A stretch of DNA of 64,000 bases, from contig JABDGA010000001.1 of assembly GCA_013286285.1 (NCBI GenBank), positions 4,413-68,412 of the forward strand. Reading direction: 5' to 3'. Below, piece by piece: positions 54,799-64,000 of the stretch; position 1 is the first letter of the stretch, and every line of letters starts with the position of its first letter. The position numbers and the translations under genes are program-made. Source of the DNA: Alphaproteobacteria bacterium (GTDB taxonomy: Bacteria > Pseudomonadota > Alphaproteobacteria > Rickettsiales > JABCZZ01). The notes beneath the pieces were generated by a model. It worked only from the letters and a program-made list of their open reading frames with translations, ran no database searches and was not told where the DNA came from.

Positions 54799-55557
54799 AT
54801 GGACATAAAAAAAGAGCCCAGCGAACGTATCGCCAAAATTATCGCCCGCTCGGGTGTCTGTTCAAGGCGGGAAGCCGAAAAAATCATTTTATCTGGAGAG
54901 GTTACGGTAAATGGCAGGCGCATTACCAGCCCTGCGCTCAATGTTGCACCAGACGCAGATATTCAGATTCGTGGTAAAACGATACCCCGAATGGAAGAAA
55001 GAAGGTTATGGCTATATTACAAGCCTGTAGGTCTTGTCACTACGCACAAGGATGAGCAGGGGCGGCCTACGGTGTTTGATGCACTGCCTGCCCATTTGCT
55101 GCGCCTTATTTCGGTGGGGCGGCTGGATCTTAATACTGAAGGCCTTTTGCTGCTGACTAACGATGGAAAACTTTCGCGGTATCTGGAGTTACCTTCCACG
55201 GAGTTGCGAAGATGTTATCGCGCACGTATTTATGGGCTGGAGTCACCTGCATTATTAGAAAAGCTTGCGCGGGGCGTTACTGTGGATGGAGTGCAATATG
55301 GAAGTGTCAAAGTAAGCCTAGAAAAAGGAGGTGACTCCAGCCGTAATATCTGGGCTATGGTAACGCTTACGGAAGGAAAGAACCGTGAAATCCGCAAGGT
55401 GTTTGAACATATCGGCTGCAAGGTAAGCCGTCTTATACGGATTTCCTATGGTCCATTTCAGCTTGGCAAAATGGTGCCGGGGGAAATTAAAGAAGTGCCG
55501 CGTAGTCTGCTGCTGGAACAGATAGGGAAAAAGCTGGACTATAGTCATTCCAAGTAA
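54799..55557 (+). CDS. pseudouridine synthase with S4 domain (RsuA/RluB family)
   Basis: 'RIAKIIARSGVCSRREAEKII' (S4 domain) and 'GRLDLNTEGLLLLTNDG' (catalytic Asp). The last 6 codons and the stop lie in the MITE copy B TIR. Confidence 0.88.
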   Translation: MDIKKEPSERIAKIIARSGVCSRREAEKIILSGEVTVNGRRITSPALNVAPDADIQIRGKTIPRMEERRLWLYYKPVGLVTTHKDEQGRPTVFDALPAHLLRLISVGRLDLNTEGLLLLTNDGKLSRYLELPSTELRRCYRARIYGLESPALLEKLARGVTVDGVQYGSVKVSLEKGGDSSRNIWAMVTLTEGKNREIRKVFEHIGCKVSRLIRISYGPFQLGKMVPGEIKEVPRSLLLEQIGKKLDYSHSK

Positions 55558-55669
55558 TAATTATACACTCGTCATCCCGTGCGAAAGCACGGGATCTCAC
55601 GCTATTCCCATGAGATACCGCGGTCTTCGCCGCGGTATGACGGGATAGTAGTTATTTGGAATGGCTATA
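55540..55669 (+). mobile_element. MITE-like element, copy B (130 bp)
   Basis: Left TIR tatagtcattccaa (55540-55553) and right TIR ttggaatggctata (55656-55669). The core is nearly identical to copy A. Confidence 0.88.
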
Positions 55670-56296
55670 AATCTTAATTGCTTTGACTTTTTTCATAAAT
55701 TCCGTAATTTGCACTGGATCTTTTACCCCCGGCGCGGATTCCAGGCTGGAAGAAATGTCAACCATCGTTGCGCTGCTTATGCGCAGTGCCTCCTCTAGAT
55801 TAGCGATGTTTATGCCGCCGGAGAGAAACCAGGGCTTTGTGAATGTTTTTTCGGTGAGCATCCGCCAGTCAAAGGTAAGCCCGGTTCCGCCATGCAATCC
55901 TTTTGGCGACTTTGCGTCGAACAACAGCATGTCCGAGATCCCTTCCAACAGGGAGACAGCCTCTATATCTGCAGGAGTGCTGATATTAAAGGCCTTGATA
56001 ATCGGGATACCGAATTTTTGCCTGATTTCCTTTATCCTTTCCGGTGTTTCATATCCGTGCAACTGGATATAGTCGGGGCGAAATTTGCTGAATATCTCCG
56101 AGAGAAAATCATCACCCGCATCAACGGTCACGGCAACGGTTCTGCCGCTGGCATATGCTTTCAGTTTTTCGGCATTTTCTGACGTTATATTGCGTGGGGA
56201 GGGAGGAAAAAAGACGAATCCGAAATAATCCGCACCCTTTGCAGCCTGCACGGCTTCAACCGTTTTCAGACCGCAGATTTTGACAAGGGGAGACAA
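55652..56296 (-). CDS. trpF: N-(5'-phosphoribosyl)anthranilate isomerase
   Basis: 214 aa with 'VKICGL', 'GADYFGFVFFPPSPR', 'IQLHG', 'GGTGLTFDW' and 'LSGGIN'. The C-terminal YSHSK-stop is encoded by the MITE TIR. Confidence 0.9.
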   Translation of the reverse strand: MSPLVKICGLKTVEAVQAAKGADYFGFVFFPPSPRNITSENAEKLKAYASGRTVAVTVDAGDDFLSEIFSKFRPDYIQLHGYETPERIKEIRQKFGIPIIKAFNISTPADIEAVSLLEGISDMLLFDAKSPKGLHGGTGLTFDWRMLTEKTFTKPWFLSGGINIANLEEALRISSATMVDISSSLESAPGVKDPVQITEFMKKVKAIKIYSHSK

Positions 56297-56300
56297 AATA

Positions 56301-58331
56301 CTAAGCCGCCTTTTTCCGGTTTTCCTTAAACACTTCCACGCATTCGGCCATAGTCTTGGAGGCGCGGCTGATGGGATCGGTCATATGGAAATTATCCACT
56401 GGATATACTAACGGCGTAGAAGTTATTTTTGCATCTGCCTTACCTTTCCCTGCCTGCCAAGTTGCGGGCATTGTCTTTGGGATCGCTGCACGCAACTGCG
56501 CGAGTGTATCGTAAGGCAACGTCTTGCCGACCGCTTCCGACAGGGAACGGATTATTTTCCAGTCCTCTTTGGCTTCACCTGGGGCAAAGACTGCCTGGAC
56601 AGCACGTTGCGCAACCCCTTCCGTATTGACATAGGTAGCATTTTTTTCCGTATAGGCAGCGCCGGGCAGGATGACATCGGCACGGTGCGCACCTTTATCG
56701 CCGTGGTGTCCCTGATAAATCACAAATGCCTTGCCCAGAGCATTCATATCGATTTCATCGGCTCCCAAAAGATACACTACCTCCATCTCTCCCTTGTGTG
56801 CCGCTTCTAGGATGCTGCGCACGGTCTTGCCACCTTTTTGCGGAACAAAGCCAATATCCAACCCGCCAACGCGCGCGGCTGCTGTATGCAACACATTAAA
56901 GCCGTTCCAGCCTTCTTTTACCAGCCCGTAATTATCGGCAATATAACGTGCAACCTGCAAGATTTCCATGCCGTCAGGACGCGCCAGCGCACCTTGTCCG
57001 ACGATTACCATCGGGCGTTCTGCCTTACGCAATGCTTCCGCCAGCGCATGCTTGCCGGAGGCAATGTCATTTAAGAGATGTGGGTTATTGCCCAGCCATT
57101 CGGTCTTGTAGGTCAAATCGGTCTTTTCTCCGATAGCGTAAACCTTGAGCTTTCCCTGCAGCCAGGTTTTGCGGATACGAGCATTGATAATCGTAGCTTC
57201 ATGGCGTGGATTGGTTCCTGCCAGCACGATTAGATCCGCCTGTTCAATAGCGGCGATGCCGGTATTGAAGAGATAGGCGGCGCGATCGCCGGCATCCAGT
57301 TTTGCGTTGTCCTGGCGGCAATCCAGATTTGCCACGCCGAGGGAAGTAAGCAGCGCTTTAAGCGCGAACATACTCTCCACACATGCCATGTCCCCGGCAA
57401 TTGCGGCTATTCTTTCAGCCGTGGTGGATTTCAGCTTCGCCGCAACTGCAGACAACGCCTCCGGCCAGCTTGCTTCCTCCAGTTTGCCGTTGCGGCGTAT
57501 ATAAGGCCTGTCGAGCCGCTGGGTGCGCAGGCCGTCGCAGGCATGGCGGGTTTTATCGGAAATCCATTCCTCGTTAATATCCTCATTGAGGCGGGGTAAT
57601 ACCCGCAACACAGTATTCTGGCGCGAATCCACGCGGATATTACTACCGACGGCGTCCATGACATCAATGGACTCGGTTTTCTTTAACTCCCACGGACGCG
57701 CCGTAAACGCATACGGGCGTGAAGTAAGCGCGCCGACAGGACAGATATCCACCAGATTACCAGAGAGTTCAGAAGTGAGCGCTTTTTCCACATATGTGCC
57801 GACTTCCATATGCTCGCCGCGCCCGGTAGCTCCCAGTTCGGCCACTCCCGCGACATCGGAAGAAAAACGGATGCAGCGCGTGCAGTGGATGCAGCGCGTC
57901 ATCTGTGTCTTGATAAGCGGGCCCATGTATTTATCCTGCACGGAGCGCTTGTTCTCCTCAAAACGGCTGGTGCCACGGCCATAATAAAGCGCTTGATCCT
58001 GCAAGTCGCACTCGCCCCCCTGATCGCAAATCGGGCAATCCAGCGGATGGTTTATGAGTAGGAATTCCATAACCCCTTCGCGCGCCTTCTTAACCATTGG
58101 CGTATTGGTTTTCACCATCATGCCTTCCGCGACCGGAAGCGCACAGGAAGCCTGGGGTTTCGGCGGGCCAGGGGATACTTCCACGAGGCACATGCGGCAA
58201 TTTCCGGCGATCTTCAACCGCTCATGATAGCAGAAACGCGGGATCTCGACGCCTGCGGCTTCACACGCCTGGATGACGCTTGCGCCCGCCGGGACTTCAA
58301 TTTCTTTTCCGTCAATCGTCAGTTTGGTCAT
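56301..58331 (-). CDS. nuoG: NADH-quinone oxidoreductase subunit G
   Basis: 676 aa. 2Fe-2S and 4Fe-4S motifs 'CYHERLKIAGNCRMCLVE', 'HPLDCPICDQGGECDLQ' and 'RCIHCTRCIRF', plus a molybdopterin-oxidoreductase-like domain. Confidence 0.95.
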   Translation of the reverse strand: MTKLTIDGKEIEVPAGASVIQACEAAGVEIPRFCYHERLKIAGNCRMCLVEVSPGPPKPQASCALPVAEGMMVKTNTPMVKKAREGVMEFLLINHPLDCPICDQGGECDLQDQALYYGRGTSRFEENKRSVQDKYMGPLIKTQMTRCIHCTRCIRFSSDVAGVAELGATGRGEHMEVGTYVEKALTSELSGNLVDICPVGALTSRPYAFTARPWELKKTESIDVMDAVGSNIRVDSRQNTVLRVLPRLNEDINEEWISDKTRHACDGLRTQRLDRPYIRRNGKLEEASWPEALSAVAAKLKSTTAERIAAIAGDMACVESMFALKALLTSLGVANLDCRQDNAKLDAGDRAAYLFNTGIAAIEQADLIVLAGTNPRHEATIINARIRKTWLQGKLKVYAIGEKTDLTYKTEWLGNNPHLLNDIASGKHALAEALRKAERPMVIVGQGALARPDGMEILQVARYIADNYGLVKEGWNGFNVLHTAAARVGGLDIGFVPQKGGKTVRSILEAAHKGEMEVVYLLGADEIDMNALGKAFVIYQGHHGDKGAHRADVILPGAAYTEKNATYVNTEGVAQRAVQAVFAPGEAKEDWKIIRSLSEAVGKTLPYDTLAQLRAAIPKTMPATWQAGKGKADAKITSTPLVYPVDNFHMTDPISRASKTMAECVEVFKENRKKAA

Positions 58332-58361
58332 ATGCCTTTTATCCAGCTTTTGTGATTATCT

Positions 58362-59156
58362 TTATACTCTGAGCCATGCGATCATCTTATCCACGACGCT
58401 CAATATCTTCTTTATATCTTTCGGCTCCGAAAGTGTGTGGCTGCCATTTTCTATGAGGATAGTCTTTACATCCTCGGAAACAAGTTTTTCATTCAGCAAC
58501 AATGAGGTCTCCCAGGGAATATCCTCATCCTTTGTTCCGTGCAGCAATCGTACCGGGCAATTAATCGGTATCTTATCTTCTTCCAGCAGGAGGTGATGCC
58601 GTGCCTCTTCAATAAATTTCCGAGTAATAGGATAGTGATCGCCTTCGTCGGAGGCAACCATCGTTTTTCCCTTGCTTTCCAATTCGCGCAGCTGTTTTTT
58701 ATTTAATTTGGCTAGCAAATGGTTTTCAGTAAAATCCGGCGCGGACGCAATCCCGATAATACCGGCAACGCGGCGCGGTTTCTGCATAGCCAGCAGGAGC
58801 GCCAACCATGCGCCCATGGAGGATCCAACCAGAATCTGGCGACCCTCAGTAAGCTTGGTCAGCACGCTTAACGCGTTATCCTTCCATTTGCCAATCGTGC
58901 AATCCTCAAATTTGCCCGACGAGCTACCATGCCCTTCATAGTCGAAGCATATGAATGCGCGTTCTTGTTTTTTGCAGAAGTTTTCCAGTGCATGGGCTTT
59001 TACACCGTTCATGTCGGAACGAAACCCGCCGAGAAAAATAATGCCAGGCGATATTCCGTCCATTTTGCGATAAGCCAGCTTGCCGCCGTTTTTAAGCTTC
59101 AGGTATGAAATCATGGTTACACCCGGATTAAGATAATTATATCGTTGAAACGACAT
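58362..59156 (-). CDS. alpha/beta hydrolase
   Basis: Nucleophile elbow 'GSSMGA', with 'HG.KD' near the C-terminus. The start may be 59114 (MISYLKL). Confidence 0.8.
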   Translation of the reverse strand: MSFQRYNYLNPGVTMISYLKLKNGGKLAYRKMDGISPGIIFLGGFRSDMNGVKAHALENFCKKQERAFICFDYEGHGSSSGKFEDCTIGKWKDNALSVLTKLTEGRQILVGSSMGAWLALLLAMQKPRRVAGIIGIASAPDFTENHLLAKLNKKQLRELESKGKTMVASDEGDHYPITRKFIEEARHHLLLEEDKIPINCPVRLLHGTKDEDIPWETSLLLNEKLVSEDVKTILIENGSHTLSEPKDIKKILSVVDKMIAWLRV

Positions 59157-59167
59157 TATAATTATAT

Positions 59168-59617
59168 TTACAGCTTTTCAATTAAGAATTTACGTTTCTC
59201 GCGTTGCAGCCTTTTTTTACAGACATCCTCTAATGAAATGGCGTTGAAGTAATGATAAATATGCTCACTCAGGCCCTCCCATAAATCATGGGTGATGCAT
59301 TGTTCCCGGCTGGCCATACAGCCGGTTTTGGATTGCAACTCGCACTGCGTCATCTTCATCTCTTCTTCCGCGGCGGCAACAATATCGTAAATCGGGATTG
59401 CTTTCGCATCAGACACCAACAGATAGCCACCGCCCGGCCCTTTGACGGATTTTATCAGCCCGCGCTGGCGGAGGCGTGAAAATATCTGCTCCAGATAGGC
59501 TAACGGCATTTCCTGACGGGTGGCGATTTCGGCAAGCTTTACCGGCTTTTCTCCGGAGTGGTTCGCCAGATCCACCATTGCCATTACTGCATAACGCGCT
59601 TTTGTTCCCAGAATCAT
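59168..59617 (-). CDS. Rrf2 family transcriptional regulator (IscR/RirA-like, three-Cys cluster site)
   Basis: 149 aa with 'TKARYAVMAMVDLA', 'LEQIFSRLRQRGLIKSVKGPGGGY' and 'CELQSKTGCMASREQC'. Confidence 0.85.
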   Translation of the reverse strand: MILGTKARYAVMAMVDLANHSGEKPVKLAEIATRQEMPLAYLEQIFSRLRQRGLIKSVKGPGGGYLLVSDAKAIPIYDIVAAAEEEMKMTQCELQSKTGCMASREQCITHDLWEGLSEHIYHYFNAISLEDVCKKRLQREKRKFLIEKL

Positions 59618-59682
59618 ATGACTTATAATAAATAAATTGCATGGATACGCGGAGGAGTTTTATACGACGACCTCACGGGGGA

Positions 59683-59718
59683 GATTTTACGAAGTAAAAT
59701 CGGGGGCAGCATACCCCC
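59683..59718 (-). terminator. candidate terminator downstream of cysE
   Basis: On the minus strand, ggggg-tatgctg-ccccc is followed by gatttta, then a second hairpin gattttac-ttc-gtaaaatc. It starts 8 nt after the cysE stop. Confidence 0.4.
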
Positions 59719-59725
59719 AATATAA

Positions 59726-60415
59726 TCATTTTCCCTCCCAGCGTTTCGCCGTTTGCATGGAATCCTGATTCTGCGCTTCCAGCTCATCGAGGCGCTTCTG
59801 CATAGCATTCATTTGTTTGATCAGTTGATCGACCGTTTTTACCATTGGGTCCTCTTCTTCCTGCGTGGCGTACGGATCGAAATGCTGTACTGCCGGAACC
59901 ACCTTGGGTTGCACCTGATGCGCCGGAACCCCTACCATGGTGACGCCGGGCGGCACGTCCTTCACCACTACGGCATTGGAGCCTATCCTTGCGCCGTCGC
60001 CGACATGAATTGGGCCGAGCAGTTGCGCGCCCGCGCCGATAATAACGTTATTGCCAATCTGGGGATGGCGTATCCCTTTTTCAAAGGATGTGCCGCCTAA
60101 AGTGACATCATGGTATAAGGTGACATCGTCCCCTATGGTGGCGGTTTCCCCAATGACCACGCCCATGCCGTGATCGATGAAAAAGTGCTGCCCGATCTTG
60201 GCTCCCGGATGTATCTCAATGCCGGTAATGAAACGTCCTGCGGCGGAGACGATACGGGCGGCCAGCCTGAAGTTATGCCGCCAGAGCTTGTGAGACAGGC
60301 GGTGGAAGAGCAGGGCATGAAAGCCGGGGTAACACAGGCATACTTCAAGGCGTGAGCGCGCGGCAGGATCGCGAGCGAATACGGCGTCAATTTCCTGCAG
60401 AATACGCTTAAACAT
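59726..60415 (-). CDS. cysE: serine O-acetyltransferase
   Basis: 229 aa with 'DPAARS', 'YPGFHAL', '[12 protein letters not shown]' and hexapeptide repeats. Confidence 0.92.
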   Translation of the reverse strand: MFKRILQEIDAVFARDPAARSRLEVCLCYPGFHALLFHRLSHKLWRHNFRLAARIVSAAGRFITGIEIHPGAKIGQHFFIDHGMGVVIGETATIGDDVTLYHDVTLGGTSFEKGIRHPQIGNNVIIGAGAQLLGPIHVGDGARIGSNAVVVKDVPPGVTMVGVPAHQVQPKVVPAVQHFDPYATQEEEDPMVKTVDQLIKQMNAMQKRLDELEAQNQDSMQTAKRWEGK

Positions 60416-60511
60416 TGCAATTACGTAATCATTATACTAATAAATATGGCAATCTTATATAAGCCGTATTAATAATTCAACCTTTAACCCCATATTCCTT
60501 GTATTCAAACC

Positions 60512-61210
60512 ATGCCAGAAATCTTTTTCAGCGGCCCGGAAGGGCGTATCGAGGGACGTTATCATCACAATGAAATCAAGGGCGCACCTATCGTCGTGGT
60601 ATTGCATCCACATCCGCTCTATGGCGGCACGATGAATAACAAGATTACGTATAATCTGTATCAGGCATTTGTGCGCTCCGGTTTCTCTGCGTTGCGTTTT
60701 AACTTTCGTGGCGTAGGTAAGTCACAGGGGAGGTTTGACGACGGTATAGGCGAACTTGCTGATGCCGCTACGGCGCTTGACTGGATTCAGCAGCAGAATA
60801 TGGACGCTTCGGCCTGCTGGATTGCGGGATTTTCCTTCGGAGCGTGGATTGCTATGCAGTTGCTCATGCGCCGCCCGGAAATTAACGGATTCATTTCGGT
60901 TTCTCCTCCTGCAAACCTGTATGATTTCGGGTTCCTGTCGCCGTGTCCGACCGCAGGGCTTATCACCATGGGGGATAAGGATGAAGTGGTCGCGGAAGAA
61001 GCAGTCAGCAAGCTTGCCCATAAGCTTGCCGGGCAGAAGGGCGCAAATCTGGAATATAAGATTATCAGCGGTGCCGATCATTACTACCGCAAGAATCTGG
61101 ATGAACTTAATACCATCGTCGAAGAATACATCACCCGAAGGATGGCCGATTCTACCCAGAACCGTAAAATCAGGCCAGATAGGAAGCGGCGGCAGCTGCC
61201 CAGGGATTAG
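60512..61210 (+). CDS. alpha/beta hydrolase (COG2945-like)
   Basis: 232 aa with 'VVLHPHPLYGGTMNNK', 'RFNFRGVGKSQG' and 'GFSFGA'. Confidence 0.8.
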   Translation: MPEIFFSGPEGRIEGRYHHNEIKGAPIVVVLHPHPLYGGTMNNKITYNLYQAFVRSGFSALRFNFRGVGKSQGRFDDGIGELADAATALDWIQQQNMDASACWIAGFSFGAWIAMQLLMRRPEINGFISVSPPANLYDFGFLSPCPTAGLITMGDKDEVVAEEAVSKLAHKLAGQKGANLEYKIISGADHYYRKNLDELNTIVEEYITRRMADSTQNRKIRPDRKRRQLPRD

Positions 61211-61213
61211 GTA

Positions 61214-62314
61214 ATGCCGGAATTTGTATTGCCCTCTTTTGCCATCGGAACAGGCGGGCTGGCCGGAAATCCTCAGAATAGTGCGCTGAATACTGATTTA
61301 GAGGTTCAAATAAGCGTTATCAGGGAAAGCCTGCAGCAATTCAAGGCGCATCATATGCGCGTCTGGATTGACAGTGCCTTGCATTATGGTGCAGGGAATG
61401 CCCTTAAGGCCATCGGTATGGCACTGGGCAAGGAGCCGGGTAAGGACACGGTCCTATCCATAAAAGTAGGGCGGATATTGGAAGCTCCGACGCCGGATAC
61501 GCCTTATGAGCCTTCATCTTTTTGCGGCGAAGCGCATTTCAACCGCCGCTTTGATTACAGCGAATCCGGTGTACTCCGCGCATTCAGGCAAAGTTTTGAG
61601 TTCTTGAATGCCGGGCGGGTGCAGCAGGGCTGGCAGCCTGTTGAGCCTGGGGATCTGGATATGGTTGTTTTCGTCCATGATCCGGAAACCGGCGTACACG
61701 GAGACAAAACGGATTTCATTATTCAGCAGGTACGCCATGAGGCACTGCCTGCACTTCGGGAATTAAGGCGCACGGGCAAGATTAAAGCCGTAGGTGTCGG
61801 CACCAATGAAATTACATGTGCTTTAAAACTAGCGGGCCATGCGGATTTGGATCTGCTTATGATTGCGGGGCGGCTTACTTTGCTCTCTAACAGCGCTTTA
61901 AGGGCCCCAGCGCAGATACAACAGGATACGGCAGGACTTACGGAATTGCTCCAAGAAGCGAAAAAGCACAGAAAATCCATTATCTCCGCTGCCCCCGGCC
62001 AATCCGGGATGCTGTATGAAGGAGGAACGTGGTATAATTACCAGCCCGCTCCCAATGAAATCATAACATTCAGGGAGAGTATCCGGGCAGTATTCGATAA
62101 GTATCATGTGCCGCTCACTGCAGGTGCATTGCAGTTCCCACTATTGGCTGGAGCAAAGGCAATCGTGTGCGGCATATGTAGTAATCAAGAGCTTGCGAAT
62201 AATCTTGCGTATTTTTCCCATAATATTCCGCAAGCCTTATGGTGCGATCTGGAAGCACAGGATTTAATTGGCAGGATTATTTTAAAGAATGGTTCCCCGG
62301 TCAATGCCGCCTGA
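61214..62314 (+). CDS. aldo/keto reductase family oxidoreductase
   Basis: 366 aa with TIM-barrel AKR-like segments ('IDSALHYG', 'KAVGVGTNE'). The assignment is less certain than for the housekeeping genes. Confidence 0.65.
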   Translation: MPEFVLPSFAIGTGGLAGNPQNSALNTDLEVQISVIRESLQQFKAHHMRVWIDSALHYGAGNALKAIGMALGKEPGKDTVLSIKVGRILEAPTPDTPYEPSSFCGEAHFNRRFDYSESGVLRAFRQSFEFLNAGRVQQGWQPVEPGDLDMVVFVHDPETGVHGDKTDFIIQQVRHEALPALRELRRTGKIKAVGVGTNEITCALKLAGHADLDLLMIAGRLTLLSNSALRAPAQIQQDTAGLTELLQEAKKHRKSIISAAPGQSGMLYEGGTWYNYQPAPNEIITFRESIRAVFDKYHVPLTAGALQFPLLAGAKAIVCGICSNQELANNLAYFSHNIPQALWCDLEAQDLIGRIILKNGSPVNAA

Positions 62315-63256
62315 GAGTGCAAGCCCGATCCGTTTGAGCATTTTTCGTGCTAAAAGATAAAAGCTTAGGGGAATAAATTGCCAACTTGCAAGCGTTAGTC
62401 CCCGTTTTATAAATAACTGCGCTGTATAAAATTTCCTGCTTGCCAACGCTTGCCAAAAACCAAATACCAACTGGCGTTTTCGCCAGTTGATAATGGCTGT
62501 TCTCTGGTGGGTATTTAACTCCTTGCGCGCCAGCAGCATAGCGGCAATCCGTGTATGCTCTTCCACAATACTGGAATAATTCACCGGATTGTTTGACAGG
62601 CTTTCTTCATGTATAGCAAAACCATACAGTGCTTTCGGGATGATGGTGTTTTTACACCCCCGTACGGCAAGCCGCGCCATGAACTCGCGATCATTGGAGT
62701 AATACCAGAGGCTCCGGTCCGTGTTAAATGGCCCCGCTTCGGCCAGCAAAGCACGACGGTAAAATCGCGATAGCATGAAAGTCTGGTTCTCAAGCAGTAT
62801 ATGATCCAGCGTAAGCGCCAGCTGCCTTTCATCCGCATAATAGCCTTTGATACTACTATAGTTGCCTGCATGGGCGCGGTAATAAAGCATGCCGAAGCTT
62901 ACCACTTCGCTTTCCGGGTATTTAAAAATTTTATCTGCTACCGCCCATAAGGCACCCGGCTCGTACTCATCGTCGGCATTGAGAAATCCTATGAAGTCAC
63001 CACTGCAAAGTGCCACTGCTTTATTATAGGCGTCAGGCGGGCCACTGTCCTTTTCACTTTTTAGAAGCGTGATGAGGTGTGAATACTGTTTCAGTATATC
63101 CAATGTGCCGTCCTCGGAAAGCCCGTCCCATATCACTAGTTCAAGATTAGGGTAATACTGGGTTGCCAGCGAATCCAGCGCACGTGCGATGGTATCTGCG
63201 CCATTGCGTACCACAATAACGACGCTGAGTCGGGGAGGGGATATTTCAGGACTCAT
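62282..63256 (-). CDS. family-2 glycosyltransferase
   Basis: 324 aa with 'LSVVIVVRNGADTIARALDSL', 'ELVIWDGLSEDGT' and 'FLNADDEY'. Confidence 0.85.
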   Translation of the reverse strand: MSPEISPPRLSVVIVVRNGADTIARALDSLATQYYPNLELVIWDGLSEDGTLDILKQYSHLITLLKSEKDSGPPDAYNKAVALCSGDFIGFLNADDEYEPGALWAVADKIFKYPESEVVSFGMLYYRAHAGNYSSIKGYYADERQLALTLDHILLENQTFMLSRFYRRALLAEAGPFNTDRSLWYYSNDREFMARLAVRGCKNTIIPKALYGFAIHEESLSNNPVNYSSIVEEHTRIAAMLLARKELNTHQRTAIINWRKRQLVFGFWQALASRKFYTAQLFIKRGLTLASWQFIPLSFYLLARKMLKRIGLALSGGIDRGTIL

Positions 63257-64000
63257 GCTGTTCCCGTGCCGCTTTGAGTAAAAAGTCGTTGATGAGCATC
63301 GGGGAATTTATCATGCTTATAGGCAATACCAAGCCATTATTGGCTGCTTTGATACGTTCAGCAGGCGCTCCTAGGTCAAATGCTACTGGAAAATAGCCAT
63401 TCTGCCAGATCCGGCTGAGCACGTAACTGTAGGTTTCCGGCCAGACGCTGGGCAGGAATACCAGCGAAGCCTTACTCTTTTGTAGTAATTCCGGTAATTC
63501 GGTTTCCTCATATATCCCTGTTAAACGCACGCCTGCCGTATCTAACTGACTTGCATGGATGGAATTACCAATGACTAAGAAGACCAGCGGCAGGTTGCGC
63601 TGGCGGGCATTGCGTGCGCAGGCCAGCAATATATCCGCTCCCTTGTGGCGGTGGAGGCGGCCAATAACGGCAATAATATATGGCTCATTTGCAGTTTTGG
63701 CGGAAAGCTTGCGCGGAGTTAGGGGAGGAAAATCATGTGGGGTTACCTCTATTTTCAGATCCCCGAGGATATGTGTATGCCGGTCTGCCGTATCGTGGCT
63801 TGGAGCAACAAGCGCGGAAGCTTTTGCAAGCAATGCGTGGTGTATCCTGCGCCATTCTAATACGTCCTTCGGCGCTATAGTCAGCATGCCGTTCTTCTTT
63901 ACGCAGGCGTTGCATATATTGGTATCCTGCGGCATCCCGCAATAGCTGAAATTGCCGTCTATCAGGTGAATACGGGGGCAGAGGGCAATAAAATCATGCA
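63246..64000 (-). CDS. glycosyltransferase (GT1-like C-terminal domain), 5' end beyond the window
   Basis: The frame stays open from 63935 to the window edge (…HDFIALCPRIHLIDGNFSYCGMPQD…). 'IAVIGRLHRHKGADILL' and 'FLPSVWPETYSY' resemble a GT-B C-terminal half. Confidence 0.7.
   Translation of the reverse strand, partial: HDFIALCPRIHLIDGNFSYCGMPQDTNICNACVKKNGMLTIAPKDVLEWRRIHHALLAKASALVAPSHDTADRHTHILGDLKIEVTPHDFPPLTPRKLSAKTANEPYIIAVIGRLHRHKGADILLACARNARQRNLPLVFLVIGNSIHASQLDTAGVRLTGIYEETELPELLQKSKASLVFLPSVWPETYSYVLSRIWQNGYFPVAFDLGAPAERIKAANNGLVLPISMINSPMLINDFLLKAAREQHES

Noticed and set aside
57861-57903. Direct repeat ggatgcagcgcgt ... ggatgcagcgcgt inside nuoG
   Set aside because: It encodes the duplicated T-R-C-I residues of the conserved Fe-S motif 'TRCIHCTRCIRF'. 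It is a consequence of protein sequence, not an independent DNA element.

Overview
The 64-kb window is mostly conserved housekeeping chromosome, with about 62 protein genes and 2 tRNAs. I infer an alphaproteobacterium of the Rickettsiales/Holosporales-like intracellular type. The basis is an archaeal-type ValS, nuoG detached from the other nuo genes, leuS-lptE-holA synteny and DUF3576/DUF1311 lipoproteins; no database search was possible. Recognisable genes: the RND efflux pump tail plus its NodT lipoprotein, parC, hisI-gltX-cysS, holA/lptE/leuS, purD, xseA, sixA, folD, a PMM/PGM, pdxH, zur-znuCBA, valS, yggS, kpsF, trpF, nuoG, cysE, and several glycosyltransferase loci. Four things are not explained by ordinary gene content. 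(1) A ~130-bp MITE-like family is present in 4 copies. Its 14-bp terminal inverted repeats are read as the last codons and stop (xHSK-stop) of three unrelated genes. (2) Short tandem heptamer tracts of 3-5 units sit in frame inside the essential genes leuS, valS and lptE, and give near-identical peptides in different proteins. (3) A 126-nt hairpin-rich spacer splits znuC from znuB, and a perfect 18-bp stem buries the znuB start codon. (4) An accessory segment lies just 3' of tRNA-Lys (46.35-53.1 kb). It holds an orphan nuclease-like ORF, a tandem-duplicated FkbM-type methyltransferase, and an SF2 helicase that is frameshifted into a downstream ORF made of repeated ~75-aa modules. No CRISPR array, integrase, transposase or rRNA was seen. 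All functional calls rest on motif recognition by eye. Start codons are often ambiguous.
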